Positions 26,764-40,429 of a DNA stretch of 64,000 bases are shown here, in pieces. Every line of letters starts with the position of its first letter. The stretch's first letter is position 1. A program made the position numbers and the translations under genes. The DNA comes from Camelus dromedarius (Eukaryota), in assembly GCF_036321535.1 (NCBI RefSeq), contig NC_087437.1, positions 119,228,001-119,292,000 of the forward strand, given 5' to 3'. The notes under the pieces were generated by a model. That model did no database searches. It was not told the DNA's origin and was given only the letters and a program-made list of their open reading frames with translations.

Positions 26764-27546
26764 TACTTTTTCAGATTCTTTTTCATTGTACATTATTACA
26801 GGATATTGCATGTAGTTCCCTGTGCTCTACAGTAGGTCCTTGTTGTTTGTCTATTTTATATATAATAGTGTGCATCTGTTAGTTCCAAACTCCTAATTTA
26901 TCCCTCTCCCCACTTTCCCCTGTGGTAACCATAAGTTTCTTTTCTATGTCTGTGAGTCTAGTTCTATTTTGTAAATAAATTCATTTGTGTCATTTTTTTA
27001 GATTCTACATATAAATGATATATGATATTTGTCTTTCTCTGTCTGACTTACTTCACTTTGTATGATAATCTTCAAGTCCATCCATGTTGTTGCAAATGGC
27101 AGTATTTTATTCTTTTTATGGCTGAGTAGTATTCCACTGTATATATATACACCACATCTTCTTTATCCAGTCATCTGTCGATGGACATTTAGGTTGTTTA
27201 TTATAGACAGTGCTGCTGTGAACATTGGGGTGCATGTATCTTTTTGAATCAGAGCTTATTCCGGATAGATGCCCCGGAGTGGGATTGCTGGCTCATAGGG
27301 TAAGTCTATTTTTAGTTGTTCGAGGAATCTCCACACTGTTCTCAACAGTGGCTGCACCAATTTACATCCCCACCAGCAGTGTAGGAGGGTTTGCTTTTCT
27401 CCACAGCCTCTCCAGCATTTGTCATTTATGGGCTTTTTGAAGATGGCCATTCTGACTGGTGTGATGCCTCACTGTGGTTCTGATTTGCATTTCTCTGGTA
27501 GTTAGAGGTGTTGAGCATCTTTTCATGTGCTTGTTGGCCATTTTCT
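26662..27546 (-). mobile_element. 5'-truncated L1 with ORF2 C-terminus and 3'UTR
   Basis: ORF 27256..27450 ([35 protein letters not shown]...AIPLRGIYP) is the L1 ORF2 C-terminal cysteine-rich region. Near-perfect TSD TACATGTAT(G/A)TTTT at 26648-26661 and 27547-27560. Confidence 0.9.
26711..26766. repeat. (AT)n microsatellite inside the L1 3'UTR
   Basis: More than 20 AT units. Confidence 0.95.
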
Positions 27547-28777
27547 TACATGTATATTTTTAACTCCATGCTTCTGTGTCCAGCAAGATGGGATGCAAAA
27601 CATCCAGGGAGCCGTCCTGCCCCCACACGCGGAGGAATGCCGCAGGGAGTGACACCAGCAGCCTTTCAAATGAATGGCTGAGCTTGACTGGAAAACGGCC
27701 AGGGTCCAAGGCTTCCCCGCAGGAAGGGGAAGAAGCCAGGGCAGTTTCCTGTGCAGGCGCCAGTTGCTCTGGGCCAGGACAGGGCAGGGCAGGCTCTGAG
27801 GTCTCTGTCACCAAGGTGCTGGGGGTTTAAGACCACGGGGAGCACATAAACAAGAGCTGGTGGGAATGAGACCCCCACCCCACCAACCTTGAACAGACCT
27901 CTTCAAAAGAAAACCAGAAAAAGAATGCTCTGGGAGGGAAGGATGATGTCAAGGAAGCTAGTGTGCATTTATATTAACTGTGTGATCTCAGAAATCCATG
28001 CAAATGTTTCTATAAAAGGGGGAGCCATCTGGGAACACCCAGGGCACCCACAGAAGCCCCTCTGCAGGGGATGTCGTTCATCGTTACCCCAAAGACCCTT
28101 GGCTTAAGTGCTTCATGGAACACAGAGTCCAAGTTACAGAATCTCTGGGGAAAGTTGGCAGCTGAAACCACCCAGAATCATAGCCAATACGACTGAATGG
28201 AGACTAACCAAGAGTAAGAATGACCAAGGATGCTTTAAAGGGAATTGAAACCATGAACAAGGAACAAGACTCCTCCAGTTTTGATTTTAGCCCTCACAAT
28301 GCTGTGATGTGGGCAAGGCAGACAAGATTATTCCCGTTTTGTGGTAGGAGCCTGAAGTCCAGAGGGTTTACTAGCAACACAGCTGAGGGGTCACAGGTGT
28401 GTCCAGGGTGCTGGCTGCTCCCACGCCCTCCCCGTGCTCCTGAGAACAGCCTTGGAGAGGAGGAGTGAGGGGGCACAGCACACCTCACTCATCAGCCCCC
28501 TCAGATGCGGCCTTAGGATCCCCTGGTCTTCAGCCTGAGCTGTTGTAAAGGGCTGGCTGGCAGCATTTACTCCAATTATAAAATCCCACATATTCATTCA
28601 AGAAATATCATCAGAGCTGCTCTGCAGTGATAAATCACCAGTGCGCAGGCCTCCCAGGCCCAAGCGGGGTCCCGGTGGTGGGATTGCTTGTCCATCGCTC
28701 TTCTGATGCAGTAATTCACCTCAACTGGGGATTACCTTTTGTCTTTTTAAAAATAGTCGATCTAAGAATTTATGCAG

Positions 28778-28890
28778 ATAATGAAAAGGATATGAAAATG
28801 AATACATGTATGTATATATGCATGACTGGGACATTATGCTGTATGCCAGCAACTGACACATTGTAACTGATTATACTTCAATTAAAAAAA
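28778..28890 (+). mobile_element. Short L1 3' terminal fragment
   Basis: TATGCATGACTGGGACATTATGCTGTATGCCAGCAACTGACACATTGTAACTGATTATACTTCAATTAAAAAAA. Confidence 0.75.
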
Positions 28891-29494
28891 TAGTTATGCA
28901 GAATTGAAGGAACAGGAAAACACGGGTGGTCTACATGATATTCTTTTGCCGCCAGAGGCGTGTTTAGGGTGGAAACGTGCCCTGCCGAGGGGCCGACCGA
29001 TGGGGGCTGTCCTGCTCTGTGTCCTGCTCTGAGGTCCAGAATGAGAGAGACTCAGAGGCCGTCTCCTCACCAACGATTCTCCTCCCTTCCAGAGCAAGGT
29101 AGGGGATGAATGATGGGAGATGCCGCCTGTCGGTGGGTTTATGAGATTTAAAATTCTAATGGGGGGGGGTGGTGACAAAAGGAACATCCTCTTTTGCTGG
29201 GGACGGCTAGACTGACCACTGTGGAATGTGACAGATGAATGGCCTAGACTGTGGGGCATCCAAGGAGGCCGTTAGAAGAATTGTCCTGGTGCGCGAGGCC
29301 AAGTGGCAGAGCTGGTCCATCCATTGTACTTAATGAGCTCTGTCCTGCGAAGACCAAGGGAAGAGGAGCCAGGGGAGAGGTGATGCCAGATGAGCCCAAG
29401 AGGAAACCTCTCCTTCATCCTGTAGCTCTGGGACCAGCCACACAAGGACAAGGACTTGAGGCAGCGGAAACCACAGAGGAGACTCAAAGGTCCC

Positions 29495-29915
29495 TCAGCA
29501 GGTGATGGATAAACACAACATGGCCCACCCACGCGGGGGGATGGCATGCAGCCGTGGAAAGGAGTCACGCACTGTCCCATGTACAGCGTGGGTGAACCTT
29601 GAAACATGACGTGAAATGAGCCAGACACAAAAGGGCACTTGTCATAAGACTTGACTTCTAGGAAATGCCCAGAATAGGCGAATCCTGGAGGCAGAAAGCA
29701 GATGAGTGGTCCCAGCAGCTGAGGCCCTGGTGGGTGGACAGTGACGGCTGCTGATCTAGCGTTCTCTTGGTGGCGGGAGCCATGAAATGTTCTCGAACTA
29801 GATGGTGAAGATGATTGTGCAACATTTTGAGGGCACAAAGTGTCACTGAATTGTGCACGTGAAAATGGCTGAAATGGTCAACTTTATGCTATGTATATTT
29901 TACCACCATTTAAAA
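29495..29915 (+). mobile_element. Old L1 (L1MB-like) 3' fragment
   Basis: GGATAAACACAACATGG...GGGTGAACCTTGAAACATG...GCCAGACACAAAAGG...AACTTTATGCTATGTATATTTTACCAC. Confidence 0.75.
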
Positions 29916-29929
29916 AGAGATTCGCCAAT

Positions 29930-30700
29930 GACTGAACCAGCACTGTGCCTGGTGTCCGCGTGGGTCAAGCATGGGGGTCTGCTCACCTGTCCCTTCATTC
30001 GCTCATTGATTCACTGATGCAACAGGTAGGTATGGAGCACCTGTGCGTGCCAGGTTCTGGGCTCGACGCTGGGGGCCCAGTAACAAGCAAACAAGTCTCA
30101 TGGGGCATGAACTCGGCGGAGAAGACAGACAGCCGTGGAACACTCTCTCAGACCCCTGGAAGCTGGCAGGCTCGGGGGCAGCCGGGCGCTGGAGGCCGAG
30201 GGACACTGGCTGGGGTGGCCCCTGAGGAGCCGGGGGTTTTGTTCCGTCAGCAAGAGGAGGGAGTGGCAGAGGAGGGACCTGTTTGCACTTGGCCAAGAGG
30301 GGCCCCTGAGGAGCCAGCAGGAGAGGGGTGGGGGGAACCACAGCTCACAAGGATGGGGGGCAGGGTTCCCCACCTGCACTCAGAGGGCAGGACAGGGGAC
30401 TCGGAGGAGGAGGCACCGAGATGGTGGGTGGGGGTGGGTATCAAGGGTGATGAGGCAAAGCTCGAGAGGAGCTTTACCCCAGAAAGAAAGGCAGGAGAGG
30501 ACCATGCGAGGGGCTGGGAAACTCTGAAGGCAAGAGGCATTCAGGAGAGAAAGGGCCCCACTGGGGAGTGGCTGGGGCAGCTGGTCAGGTCCTTGCCCAT
30601 CCTAGGAAGCTGTGTGATGAAGACGGACTTGTGTGGCTGCCCAGATACGTGTGGGTCCTGGAAGCAGATACCCAGATGTGAATTCACTGCCTGACAGACT
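29930..30700. mobile_element. L2 (LINE-2) fragments
   Basis: ATTCGCTCATTGATTCA...TATGGAGCACCTGTGCGTGCCAGG resembles the L2 3' end; further degenerate L2-like sequence runs to about 30700. Confidence 0.4.
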
Positions 30701-31169
30701 GAGTGTCACAACACACTGAGAAAGGACATGATTAGTAATCTCAGGGCAGAATTATAACAGGGGGCGAGATCACCAGACCAGTTGGAGGGGACCACTGCTT
30801 GATCTTATGGACGAGGAAGGAGGGCCAGGCATCGTCCCCCAGGACACACCAGCAGTAAAGGGCCCCACGTCACCACTCACGACTCTGAGAAGATGTAGGG
30901 GAGGCAGAGACGGGCAGGGACGGGTGCTGTCTCCCCATCTGTGGAATGGGGGTCGCTCCTACTAGGAAGCACCAAAATGGGGGTTGGAGACCTGGCGCCT
31001 GGCACGGTGGGCCCTCAGCGTGGGAAATGACAGCTCTTCGTACATAACCAGAGATGAGAGGGAAGAACTCATGCAGCTTTAAATGCACCCTCCGTGCCAA
31101 ACACTTCTAACTTCAGATGAATAAATACCAGAGCAAACAAACCAAAACAACACAGAGGGAGGCAGCTGG

Positions 31170-31720
31170 GCAGATCCTGTGCCACCTCGCGATCCCACTC
31201 CTGGGTGCACACACCAAAGAACTGAGAGTCGGGGTTCAAACAAGCACCTGTACACGAATGTTCACAGCAGCACGGCTCACAGTCTCCAGAGCGCAGAAAC
31301 GACCCAAATTCACCAGCAGGTGAATGGATACACAGAGGGGTCTGTCCACACCATGCAATAGTGTTCAGCCATGGAAAGGAGTGAAGTAGTCACACGTGGG
31401 ACCACGTGGACGAACCTTGATGCCTTATGTAAGTAAGAAGCCGGACACGAAAGGCCGCGTGGAGTGTGACAGCATTTCCCTGAAATGCCCCGAACAGACA
31501 AAGGCAGAGGCAGAAAGCAGGTATCAGCGGGGGCGGGGGGCTGCAGGGGGGCAGGGACGGAGGCTGACTCCTGACGGTTACTGGCTCCTTTTGGAATGAT
31601 CAAGACATTCTGGAATGAGTTAGGGCGACGGCTGCATAGACTTGTGAATGTGCTAAACGCCACCAAATTGTTCACCTTAAAATGCTGACTTTTACATTGT
31701 GTGAATTTCCCCTTTATTAA
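31170..31720 (+). mobile_element. Old L1 (L1MB-like) 3' fragment
   Basis: GATCCCACTCCTGGGTGCACACACCAAAGAACTGAGA...TGTACACGAATGTTCACAGCAGCA...TTGTGAATGTGCTAAACGCCACCAAATTGTTCACCTTAAAATG. Confidence 0.8.
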
Positions 31721-33194
31721 AGAGGCATCAGTGAGTCACAGGGAGAGCAGAGTAACCCACCCGCGGCCAGTGATGCTCCTCTTTGCTAAACACATGGAAG
31801 CAAGTGCAGAGGAGTCGTTCACTCATCGGTGCAACTCATAGCGCCGAGCACGTGCTGTGTTGGAGAGGCGACCTGCAAACACATTTAAATGTTTACCCAA
31901 CAACAGAAATACTCCTTCCATCCGACTTCACTGTGCCCCTGCGGCACCGCCTTCTCTCACGGGCACGTCAGATTCATCTTTACCCAGCCTTGTTTCTCCA
32001 ACCCTGACCCCGGCCCACGGACGGTTTACAACCCAAACCCTGTCCTTTTTGATCTGATGCAGCTTCTTGCTTCCTTCCTCCCCTCAGGGCCCTGTCTGCA
32101 GGGCTCTCCAGCGGGTCCTCCCACAGCTGAGTTGCTTTCGCCTCCATGCCATCCCGCTTCTGACCCCCTGGTGTGGCTACCTGTCCCCTCACTGCCCCCA
32201 CCATTCATCTTCCAGACTGGGTGACCTTGACACATTACCTGTCTTTGCTCAAGCTCACCTCCCCTCTGCAAAGCGGGCACATGGATGCCGGGCCCACCCG
32301 GCTGCTGGGAGGCCTGACGACCCCAGCAGGTGCAGAGCTCCCGGACATGCCGGGCGCAGGCGAGAGGGTCAGGTGTTGTCTGTGGCTCCCCAGGGCCCTG
32401 AGGATTAAGTCTTGGCGTTGAGAGCCCCCCATGCCCTCAAGGCACATGCTCAGCCCCGCTCTGCAGCCCAGTCCCCTACTGGTCCTCCCCCGGTTACGGC
32501 CCTTGGCCTGTCCTCCCCGCCTCAGTGTCTCTCCCATCGGCTGACTGCTGCCCAGGACCCGTGCCTGCACGCCCTCCACTGTCATGCCTCCGCCGCGGTG
32601 CTGACCTGTGGCGGGGCTCTTCACGGATGTTTCTGTGTGTGTGTGTGTGTGTGACACCCTGCTAGACTCCAAGTCCTTTCAGACTGAGACCACGTCTTGC
32701 AGTCTTCCAAGTTCTCTCTGCAGGAGTCTGCAGGTTTCCAGGTAACATCTCTTGATCTGGATTAAAGGTTTGTAGCTCACGCTCGAAAATTACGTTGGGT
32801 TTAGAGCTGCCGTTTGTACCTGAACCCAGGTGCGCCCAGGGCCTGCTCCAGCCAAGCCCTCCAGGGCTGGGCCAGGTCTGCTCTTGGGCACCAGAGGCCT
32901 TGCCCCCCTCGGGGTCGGTCCTTTCCACTGCGGCCAGGGCTGCCTTCCTGTGGTGCAGACAGGAGGGTAGAGCTGGAAGAAATGCCAAGCTGTCCCTTTC
33001 CCATGATCCCACTGGGCCCTCCCCAGCCATGTCCAGCCTCCTTCAGGGCCCCCTCCAACCCTAGACCCATCCGATGATAACTGTCACCCAGGCCATTCTC
33101 TGCCTGCAGCCCCATCCTTCCCCTCTCCACCTGCAAACATCCCTCCCACTTCCAGGATCAGAGCAAAGTCACCCCATAACAGGAAGTGTCCCAT

Positions 33195-33320
33195 GGGGGT
33201 TAAGATCTCAGGCCCCAGGTGAGACTGCCTGGGTTCAAATTTGGGCTCCCGTGATTTTATGCAAGCTATTTCATCCTCTGGGCCTCAGTTTCCTCATCTG
33301 TAAAATGGGGTTATTATTAT
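33195..33320 (+). mobile_element. MIR SINE fragment
   Basis: GCCTGGGTTCAAAT...CTCTGGGCCTCAGTTTCCTCATCTGTAAAATGGGG. Confidence 0.75.
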
Positions 33321-35032
33321 TAGCTCCAAGAGGACCAGACCAGCTAACACTCACATGTGAAAGCATGGTGCTGGCAGCCGCCCAGCTCCCAGGGCCCTTG
33401 CTGGGGTCGGCTCTGTCCAGCCCTCTCAGCACCTCTCTTTGTGATATGCAGAAAGCTGTCATCCCATGTTCTGTGTCTCCTCCCCTCCCTCTACCAGGAA
33501 TTCCTGTCCTCTGCAGTGCCTTAGCTCAGCACAGAAGAGGAAACAGGTCAGAGGGCTTGGGCACAATGGATGTTTGTTGGCTGAGTGAATGAATGAATGA
33601 ATGAATGAATGCAACAAAACTCAACAAGCAAGCTTTCAGGTGAAATTTTGGTTGTTGGCCCAGAATGTAAAGTCACCCTGTTGATGCGGGACACGGACTT
33701 CTCCGCTGGGCACCAAGGGGCTAGGCAGAAGAGGTAGGGCCTCGGGCAGACCCCCAAGGGGCAGTGCCAGAACCAGAGCCAAGATCCTGCACATCTGAAT
33801 ATACACGGTGCCCACAGGCCAGGACTTGCTCTCCCGACGTGGACGTGAATTACAGGCCACGTGCTGTCTCTCGTTACTTCCGGTCACCCAGGCGCCTCCG
33901 TCCCCACCCTCGCCTCCTCAGGGTTCCAGGGGCTTTCCGAGCAGGGGCTCAGACGCAAGGCAGCCCAAGTGACCTGTCTACAGCCCACGTCCCTCGGCCG
34001 CCCTGAGTTGGGCTGTCGGAATGCTCTCCCTGCTTCAAACAGTTCCCACTTAAAATAAGTGTGCTCTTGGCAGCACGACCGAGGGTCACTGCCCTATCTC
34101 CAGGCAGGGTCACCTCCTCATCGGAGGAAGTCTGAGGCTATTCATCCTGACACAGCGCAGATAATAAACACATTAAAACCCGAAGCTCTACACGCTGCAC
34201 TTACTTACATCTATAAACCCTGAAACCTGTTGGAAGGCGCTCGCCTGCCGTCTCCCCTCCTTTGTCGCTGATTCACACACACTCAGTGGGAACTGCCCTC
34301 CTCCCTCCTGTTTCTTCTCTGAGTTCCCCGGGTGGCCCTAGGGTCCACAGCACTGGGCACCGCTTCGTGCCACTTTTCACTGCGCAGAGAGGGCAGCGGC
34401 AGCGGCCTTGGAGGCTGAGCCCCCTCAGTGGAATCGAACGACTACTCCTGACTTCCTGTTCAGTTGCTCAGGCTGCTCACTGCACAAGGGCACTGGGCTG
34501 AGGGGTGACTGGGGCTGCCGAGCATCCAGGCGCCTCTGCCTGCAGGAGGGGACGCCTTTTTCTAACACACACAGAGGTGTCGTGCGGGGCTCGCGGCAGC
34601 CCTGCCTCCGTCGTCCTCCCCGGGGTGCACCCTGGCCCGGGGCTCAGGGACACGCAAAGGTAGCCAAGCTGGCCGGAGTATGAGACCCTCAGGTACCATC
34701 AAGAAACTGCGGCTGGCTGCGCAGCCTCTTGGCAACCGCAGGGGAGGGAGTTCTTACTGGAAGGAGAGAAGGGAGGGGAGAGAGCCAGCAGGTCCCACAG
34801 GTGGGGGTGGGCCAGCTTGCTGGCTTTTCCCTGGGGCTGCAGTCCTCAGCTTTTAGGCACTCATATGCTTCAGGGGCCTGGGCGCCTTCCTGGAGGCCTG
34901 GAGACCTGGCCTCCCAACTCTCTTGGGGGGCCTCAGCCGAAGGACCTGTGCAAGGCTCCCCCGAGAGCGCCGGGAGCACAGCTCACCGGCACAGGAGGGC
35001 CCGCCCCTCTCCCCCGGGCTGGGCCGCCGGTG

Positions 35033-35066
35033 GCCCTCTGCGCCCTCTGCGCCCTCTGCGCCCTCT
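35033..35066. repeat. 9-bp tandem repeat (GCCCTCTGC) x about 3.7
   Basis: Read directly from the sequence. Confidence 0.9.
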
Positions 35067-37979
35067 CCCTGCCCAGGCGGGGTTGCACCCTCGGGTCTGA
35101 CGGGCTCCTTTCCACCCGCCTCTCCTGGCAGCCTTAGGTTTCTAAGTGGCTCCCCCAAGAGACCTCCTCCTGGCTCGCTGGCTTGCCTGGGTCCCCTAGG
35201 GTTCAGTCTTTGGTCTAGCTTACTCCAGAGCGTCCCCACCTGCCTGTCCCCTCTGAAATCCTTCCCACACTTGTAATTTGTAGGGGTGTCTGTCCCCTAA
35301 GGAGAGCCCCACTGAGCAGAGACAGCTGTCTCTGAGCTGTCAGTCGCCCATCGTGGAGCCTAGGCTCCCGTCACAGAGCTACGAATAACTGCAGACCAGA
35401 CTAGAGACGCGCCCCGTGGTCCCCCCTCTGGGGACACAGACGGGCTTTGGTCCCTGGGGTGAGAACACAAGTCAGGGCCTTGAACTGTGACAGCAACAGA
35501 CTGGTTGCAAATGCCAGAGAAGTTGGTCCTCTAGGCCCTGGTCAGTGAACGTCACCACGGATGCAGGGAGACCCACGGGCACGGGGGCCACCTAGATAGT
35601 CAGCACTGGGCTCACAGAGGATCAGGTGCTCACAGCTGTCCTGAGCGGCTGTTCTTCCAGGATTCGGAAGTTGGTTTTGTTTTAAATCAAATTGTGAGAA
35701 AAAAGTACCTTGCTTCAGACCCCAGGGGAATAATGTCCCGGAGCTAAGATTAATGACGTATCTTCTGCTCTTAATAAGGTCCGACATAAAGATGATTTGT
35801 TTGAAGAACATTTCTAGTCTTTTAAAAACACAAAAGACCTTGTAGTTTCACTGAGGACCCTTTCGTTCAGTCATAAATCCTCCTTCTGCCAGCAGCCCGG
35901 CCCACCCCTCAGGGTGACCTAAGACTGTACCAGGCAGACGCTGCGGCAGCTCCCCAGAGGCTGCTTGACTCCGAGGGAAATTCAACCACTGTCCTGTTTC
36001 ACAGGCCTGCTCCCTGCTGGTTCCAGATCAGTCCTGGTTTCTGTTCAGTTGACTTTGCCGAGGTCCCTTGTAAGAAGGGACCTACATCAAGAGGGGCAGA
36101 GAGAGAAGGGAACCCGTGAAGCAGTGCCTTTGGATTAGCGTGGAAAACAGAGTTAGGGTGGGAGCGGGCGCTTGCTGGCACAGGCAGTGCTGGGGGCCCT
36201 CCCAGCCTGCACGGGGGCCACAGGGCGCTGGGGGTTCCTGGCCCGGGAGAGGAAGGACCGCGCGGACTGCTGGGGGTGGGGTGGGGGGAGAGGACGATGC
36301 TGGGACCACGGGCTCCAAAATGAAACATGCGTGGAAGTAACTTTAGATTTCAATGCATTTTTCATTTCATGTCTTCATAGTTCAGGTGAAAAGCAGCGTC
36401 TGCACTCCTCTCTACTTTTATGTCAGCCTCTGAGCACCAGCAGACCTACCGCCTTCCTATCAGCTTCTCGTTCTGTTCCAGCTGCCCCCAGACTGTTGCC
36501 TCCACACATGGCCAAAATGCTGTTTCCTGACGCCCTGGTATTTCTGACGCCCTGACACCTCGAGGGGGCAAGAGGATTCCAGGACCTCAGCTAACGGGCT
36601 CCATGCGTGAAGTGGCTCCGTAGAGTCCTGGCTTTTCCCTGCTCCCGCTAAGTCTTCTCTTTGTTCTTTTGAAGGTTGGCCTTGCCCGTGATCTATGCGA
36701 TATCCTTCCAGCGTTTAGTTTATCTGCAGATTGGATCGATGTCGGTATGACTTCAAAGTCTTCAAAGGAGAGATGGATGTCTACACTGGCTGAGGAGGGT
36801 CGGTCAAGAATGGCCCCGGGCCACAGCCTCTCTTCCTGAGGCTGGTCCTCCAAATGGCTGTGGGGTGTGGGATGTACGCTTCAGACACAGTTCCCCATCT
36901 GCCCTGCAAGCCCTTCAGGAGAGGCATTGATTAGTTCCTGGTCATCAACCTGACAACCAGACCAACAAAGAAAACGAGGTTATTTGTTTTAACCCTTCCT
37001 TCCGTCCACCCATCCATCCACTCAGCACCCTCGCAGCCGGCAATGTGCCCGGCGCGGCAGTCCCCACCCGGGCCACGCCTGCGGGGAGCTGCGACCCACT
37101 CCTCGTGTCAGGTGCATTGGGCCCCGCCTGCTACCCTCCTGGCCGACCTCCCGCCTCAGCCCTGCCTGGCACCCAGCTGTGTCCGTGGAGCCTGGTGGCT
37201 CTTTGCCTCAGTGACACCAGGGATCTCTGCCCCGATTTCTCTGCTGCCTCTGCATGGATGACACACCTGTTCTGGAACACACGTGAATCTTGGAATGACA
37301 GGACATCAGTACGCTCCGGGCAAGCCCTGCCGGCAGCGACAGGAGCTGCAGGACTTCCCCCTGCAGGAGGGGGCCCCGGTGCCCACATCATAACTAGCTT
37401 CATGTGAGACCTTCTGGGGGTAGGGGCCTTCTTCCCAGCTGCTGCCTGTTCCCTAGAATCACCTCCAAAAGTGACCCACCAGGGGGCAGGCTCTTGCTCC
37501 TTGGGGAGACAGGGCGAAGGCCTCCGCAGGAGCTCCCTGTTCAGAGGGATGGACAAAGGGACCCCAACCCTTAGTTACGGAACAGCGTGGCAAGTGCGTG
37601 GCGGCACTGATGAGGGAGAGACGGACCCTGATAGGGGCAGCCGTGGGTCTGGGAAGGTCTGAACCGGGTCTTGAGTGTCAGTAGAAATAAACAAGACCGA
37701 AGAGGAAGTGGGGGCGGGAAGGCCAAGCGGAGAGAGGGGAGAGGCAGAGCCGGAGTTCAAAGGCTAGGAAGTGAGAGCAGCCTGTGTGGGGGGTTCTGGC
37801 TCCAAGCCGCTGTTGTTAAATGTGTTTGGCTCGACCTGAGTTAGATGGGTTTGCAGATGAAGGCAGGGCCTGGCCACAGTTGGGTTATATCCCCAAGGGG
37901 ATAGGGGACTAACTCTCCAAGGACTGAGCAAGGAAGAAGCAGTGACAGGTTTGTACAGTGTGTCACCCGGGGCCTTGCG

Positions 37980-38145
37980 ATGCAAAGTGCGGCTGGGACC
38001 AGCGGCAGCTGCATCACCCGTGAGCTTGTGGGAAATGCAGACGCTCAGGCCTCCTCTCAGGCCTCCCTTCAACCCCACCCGGCCCCTTGGAATCCAAGCC
38101 TGCATTTTAAGTAGAGCCCTGGGGACTTCAGTGCACATTACAGCT
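37980..38145. mobile_element. MER5A-like hAT DNA transposon relic
   Basis: CAAAGTGCGG...GCAGCTGCATCACCCGTGAGCTTGTGGGAAATGCAGACGCTCAGGCC...CTGCATTTTAA. Confidence 0.65.
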
Positions 38146-40429
38146 GAGAAGTCCCATCCTGGGACACTCTGAAGTGGATGGTTTTGGCGGGAGTTGGGGA
38201 GTGTGAGGCCCTGAGCCCTGTCGGGGCTCTGTGGGGAGAGACAGGAGTGATGGGAGGGTCAAGGGCACCTGCTGAGGAATCTGGGAGGGCGGAGTGGAGG
38301 AAAGGGCGGGGTGGAGGAAGGGCCAGGGCTAGGGGACTGCTGGTCTCATCCGTGGGTGGGGGTGTAAGCCCTCACAGAGACGCTGGGCTGGGAGCAGTTT
38401 GGAGGGGAGAGGGGGGTGGATCACGGGTTCTCTGATGGGCTTGCTACATCTTAGGCGTCTGCAGCCACGGTTCTGGAACTTGGAAACCAGAGATGTGTAC
38501 TGGGAGCAGATCATAGCAAACTGGCTGGATCTCAGCATCTGCTGTTTTCTAAATCTTTGTAAATCGTCTGCTTAATGATCCGTCTGGAATGCTGTCAGGG
38601 AGCGATGCCAACCCGACCAGGCTGAGGTTTCTGGGAGCCGCCCTGTGAAGGCTCAGGACACCTATGCGCCCCCTTTCAGGTGCACCTTACATTAGGCTCT
38701 CCAAGTGGGGCCCCTGAAGCAGCACCCCGTTTCCCCCCTGCAGTTCTGAATAAGTTGGGGGTGAAGTAACCAGTGAACAAGGAGGCAGACTGGCATCATT
38801 AGCGCTGGGAGCCACGTGGACCCTCGGCCGGGGTCTTTCAGCCGAGCCCCAGGCCAGGTAGGCCAGGCGCCCGGCAGGCAGGGCTCCGGGGCAGGCCTCT
38901 TTCCTGCCGGCAGGTCGGTCCTCTTCTCACCCCGGGCAGCAGCATCGCAAGGGCTGCAGGAGGCCAGGGGTCACGGGAAGGAGGCCCAGGTTGGGAGAGC
39001 TTCCCCCACACACCTGACTCTGCTCGCCTGGCTCCAAAGACGGAGATCCCGCTGTCACACCTGCCATCTCCGGTGCCTGTCAACAGCCTGTTGACCTGTC
39101 TAGGCCTGAAGGCCTGACCCAAACAGAGGCCGGTGTCCCGGCTGCCAAGCCCCACCGTCCTGCTGGATGTCTTTAGTTTGGGGGCTGCTGTCACTGGTGA
39201 GAGAATCAGAAGTGAATCTGAACAGAATGGGGCGGCCGCTCTCCCGGGTTGCCGGCCTCGCTCAGAGACGGGCCAGGAGGCCCCAGTTCTGACCCCGGTT
39301 GGTGGGCTGGGCGCTGTCACCGTGGGAGCTCTGTGGGGCCTCCCTTGAGACGGGGTGCCTCCAGGGGCCCTGTTTTCCTTCCTGATTTGCGCAGCGCCGA
39401 CAGCCCACCCCGAGCTGTCACCCAACTTGGAATGTGCCTCCTGCCCTTGGCTGGTTCTTTTACGTTACTAAAAAAAATCAGACAAAAATAACATTAAACA
39501 TTACCTACCATTCAATAATCCATCTTTGGTCTTTGATTTTGTGAATGGAAACTGGTTCTTGATAAGCTCCGTGAACTCAACTTGGAGACCCAAGTTTAAA
39601 GTCTGTGAAAACCTACCTTCCATCACTGAGACCATTAGACCAAATCTCTGCTTCCTTACACACCAGATGTCTGTTTCGAGCTGTAAAATCAAGGCTCCGT
39701 CCTGATGTCTTTACCACAAGAGAGAAAAATAGGTCTGGTGCACCTGCCATTTTTACTACATGTCAGCCAGCCACCAGGAACACTGAGGGTCAAAAGGCAT
39801 GGTTCCTCCTTCGGCCAGCAAGTCACAAGTTGCCCCCCGCCCCCAGCCTCCTCCTACAGAGGACACCCTCGCTACCCAGTCATCCCAAGTCCTGGGCACA
39901 GTATAGGGTCTAACGGTAGGTTGTGACTTGTCACCAGATTATGAAATTCATGTCACGAGTTGTCATGGGGGCTTTTTTAATATAAACGAAGAAAACAGAG
40001 GCAGGTTTACTGCGATGCTGATGAAGCTAGGCCCCAGGGCCCTCACTGTGCAGGCCACTCATAAACTACCCTCCTGTGCCACGCTGCAGGGAAGCGTGAC
40101 CAAGCGCACGCTGAGCGCGAGGGCTGTCTGCTTCCATGCTGACATCCCCTCCACCGTAGCCCCTTCCACAGTGGTTGGTGTTGAGAGGAACATACACTTT
40201 TGGAGACTGACCTGAAGGAAAGTGAGCTGAGGACGGGACAGTTTAGTTTGGATTTATGGAGATGCATATGTGACTTTTTTGGTCAAGTTGGAGAAAACCC
40301 CTATTGAGTTCTTTCACTTATGAGCTGCTTGGCATTTGGAAGAATCTTCCGCAGGCGGGTTTTGGTGCAACGTCCACGGGCGTGCAGCGCTCAGAGCTTT
40401 AGGGCGTGCCAGCTGACCTACTGATAACA

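Noticed and set aside
29945..30694. 249-aa ORF
   Set aside because: GTG start, overlaps degenerate L2-like G-rich sequence, no domain.
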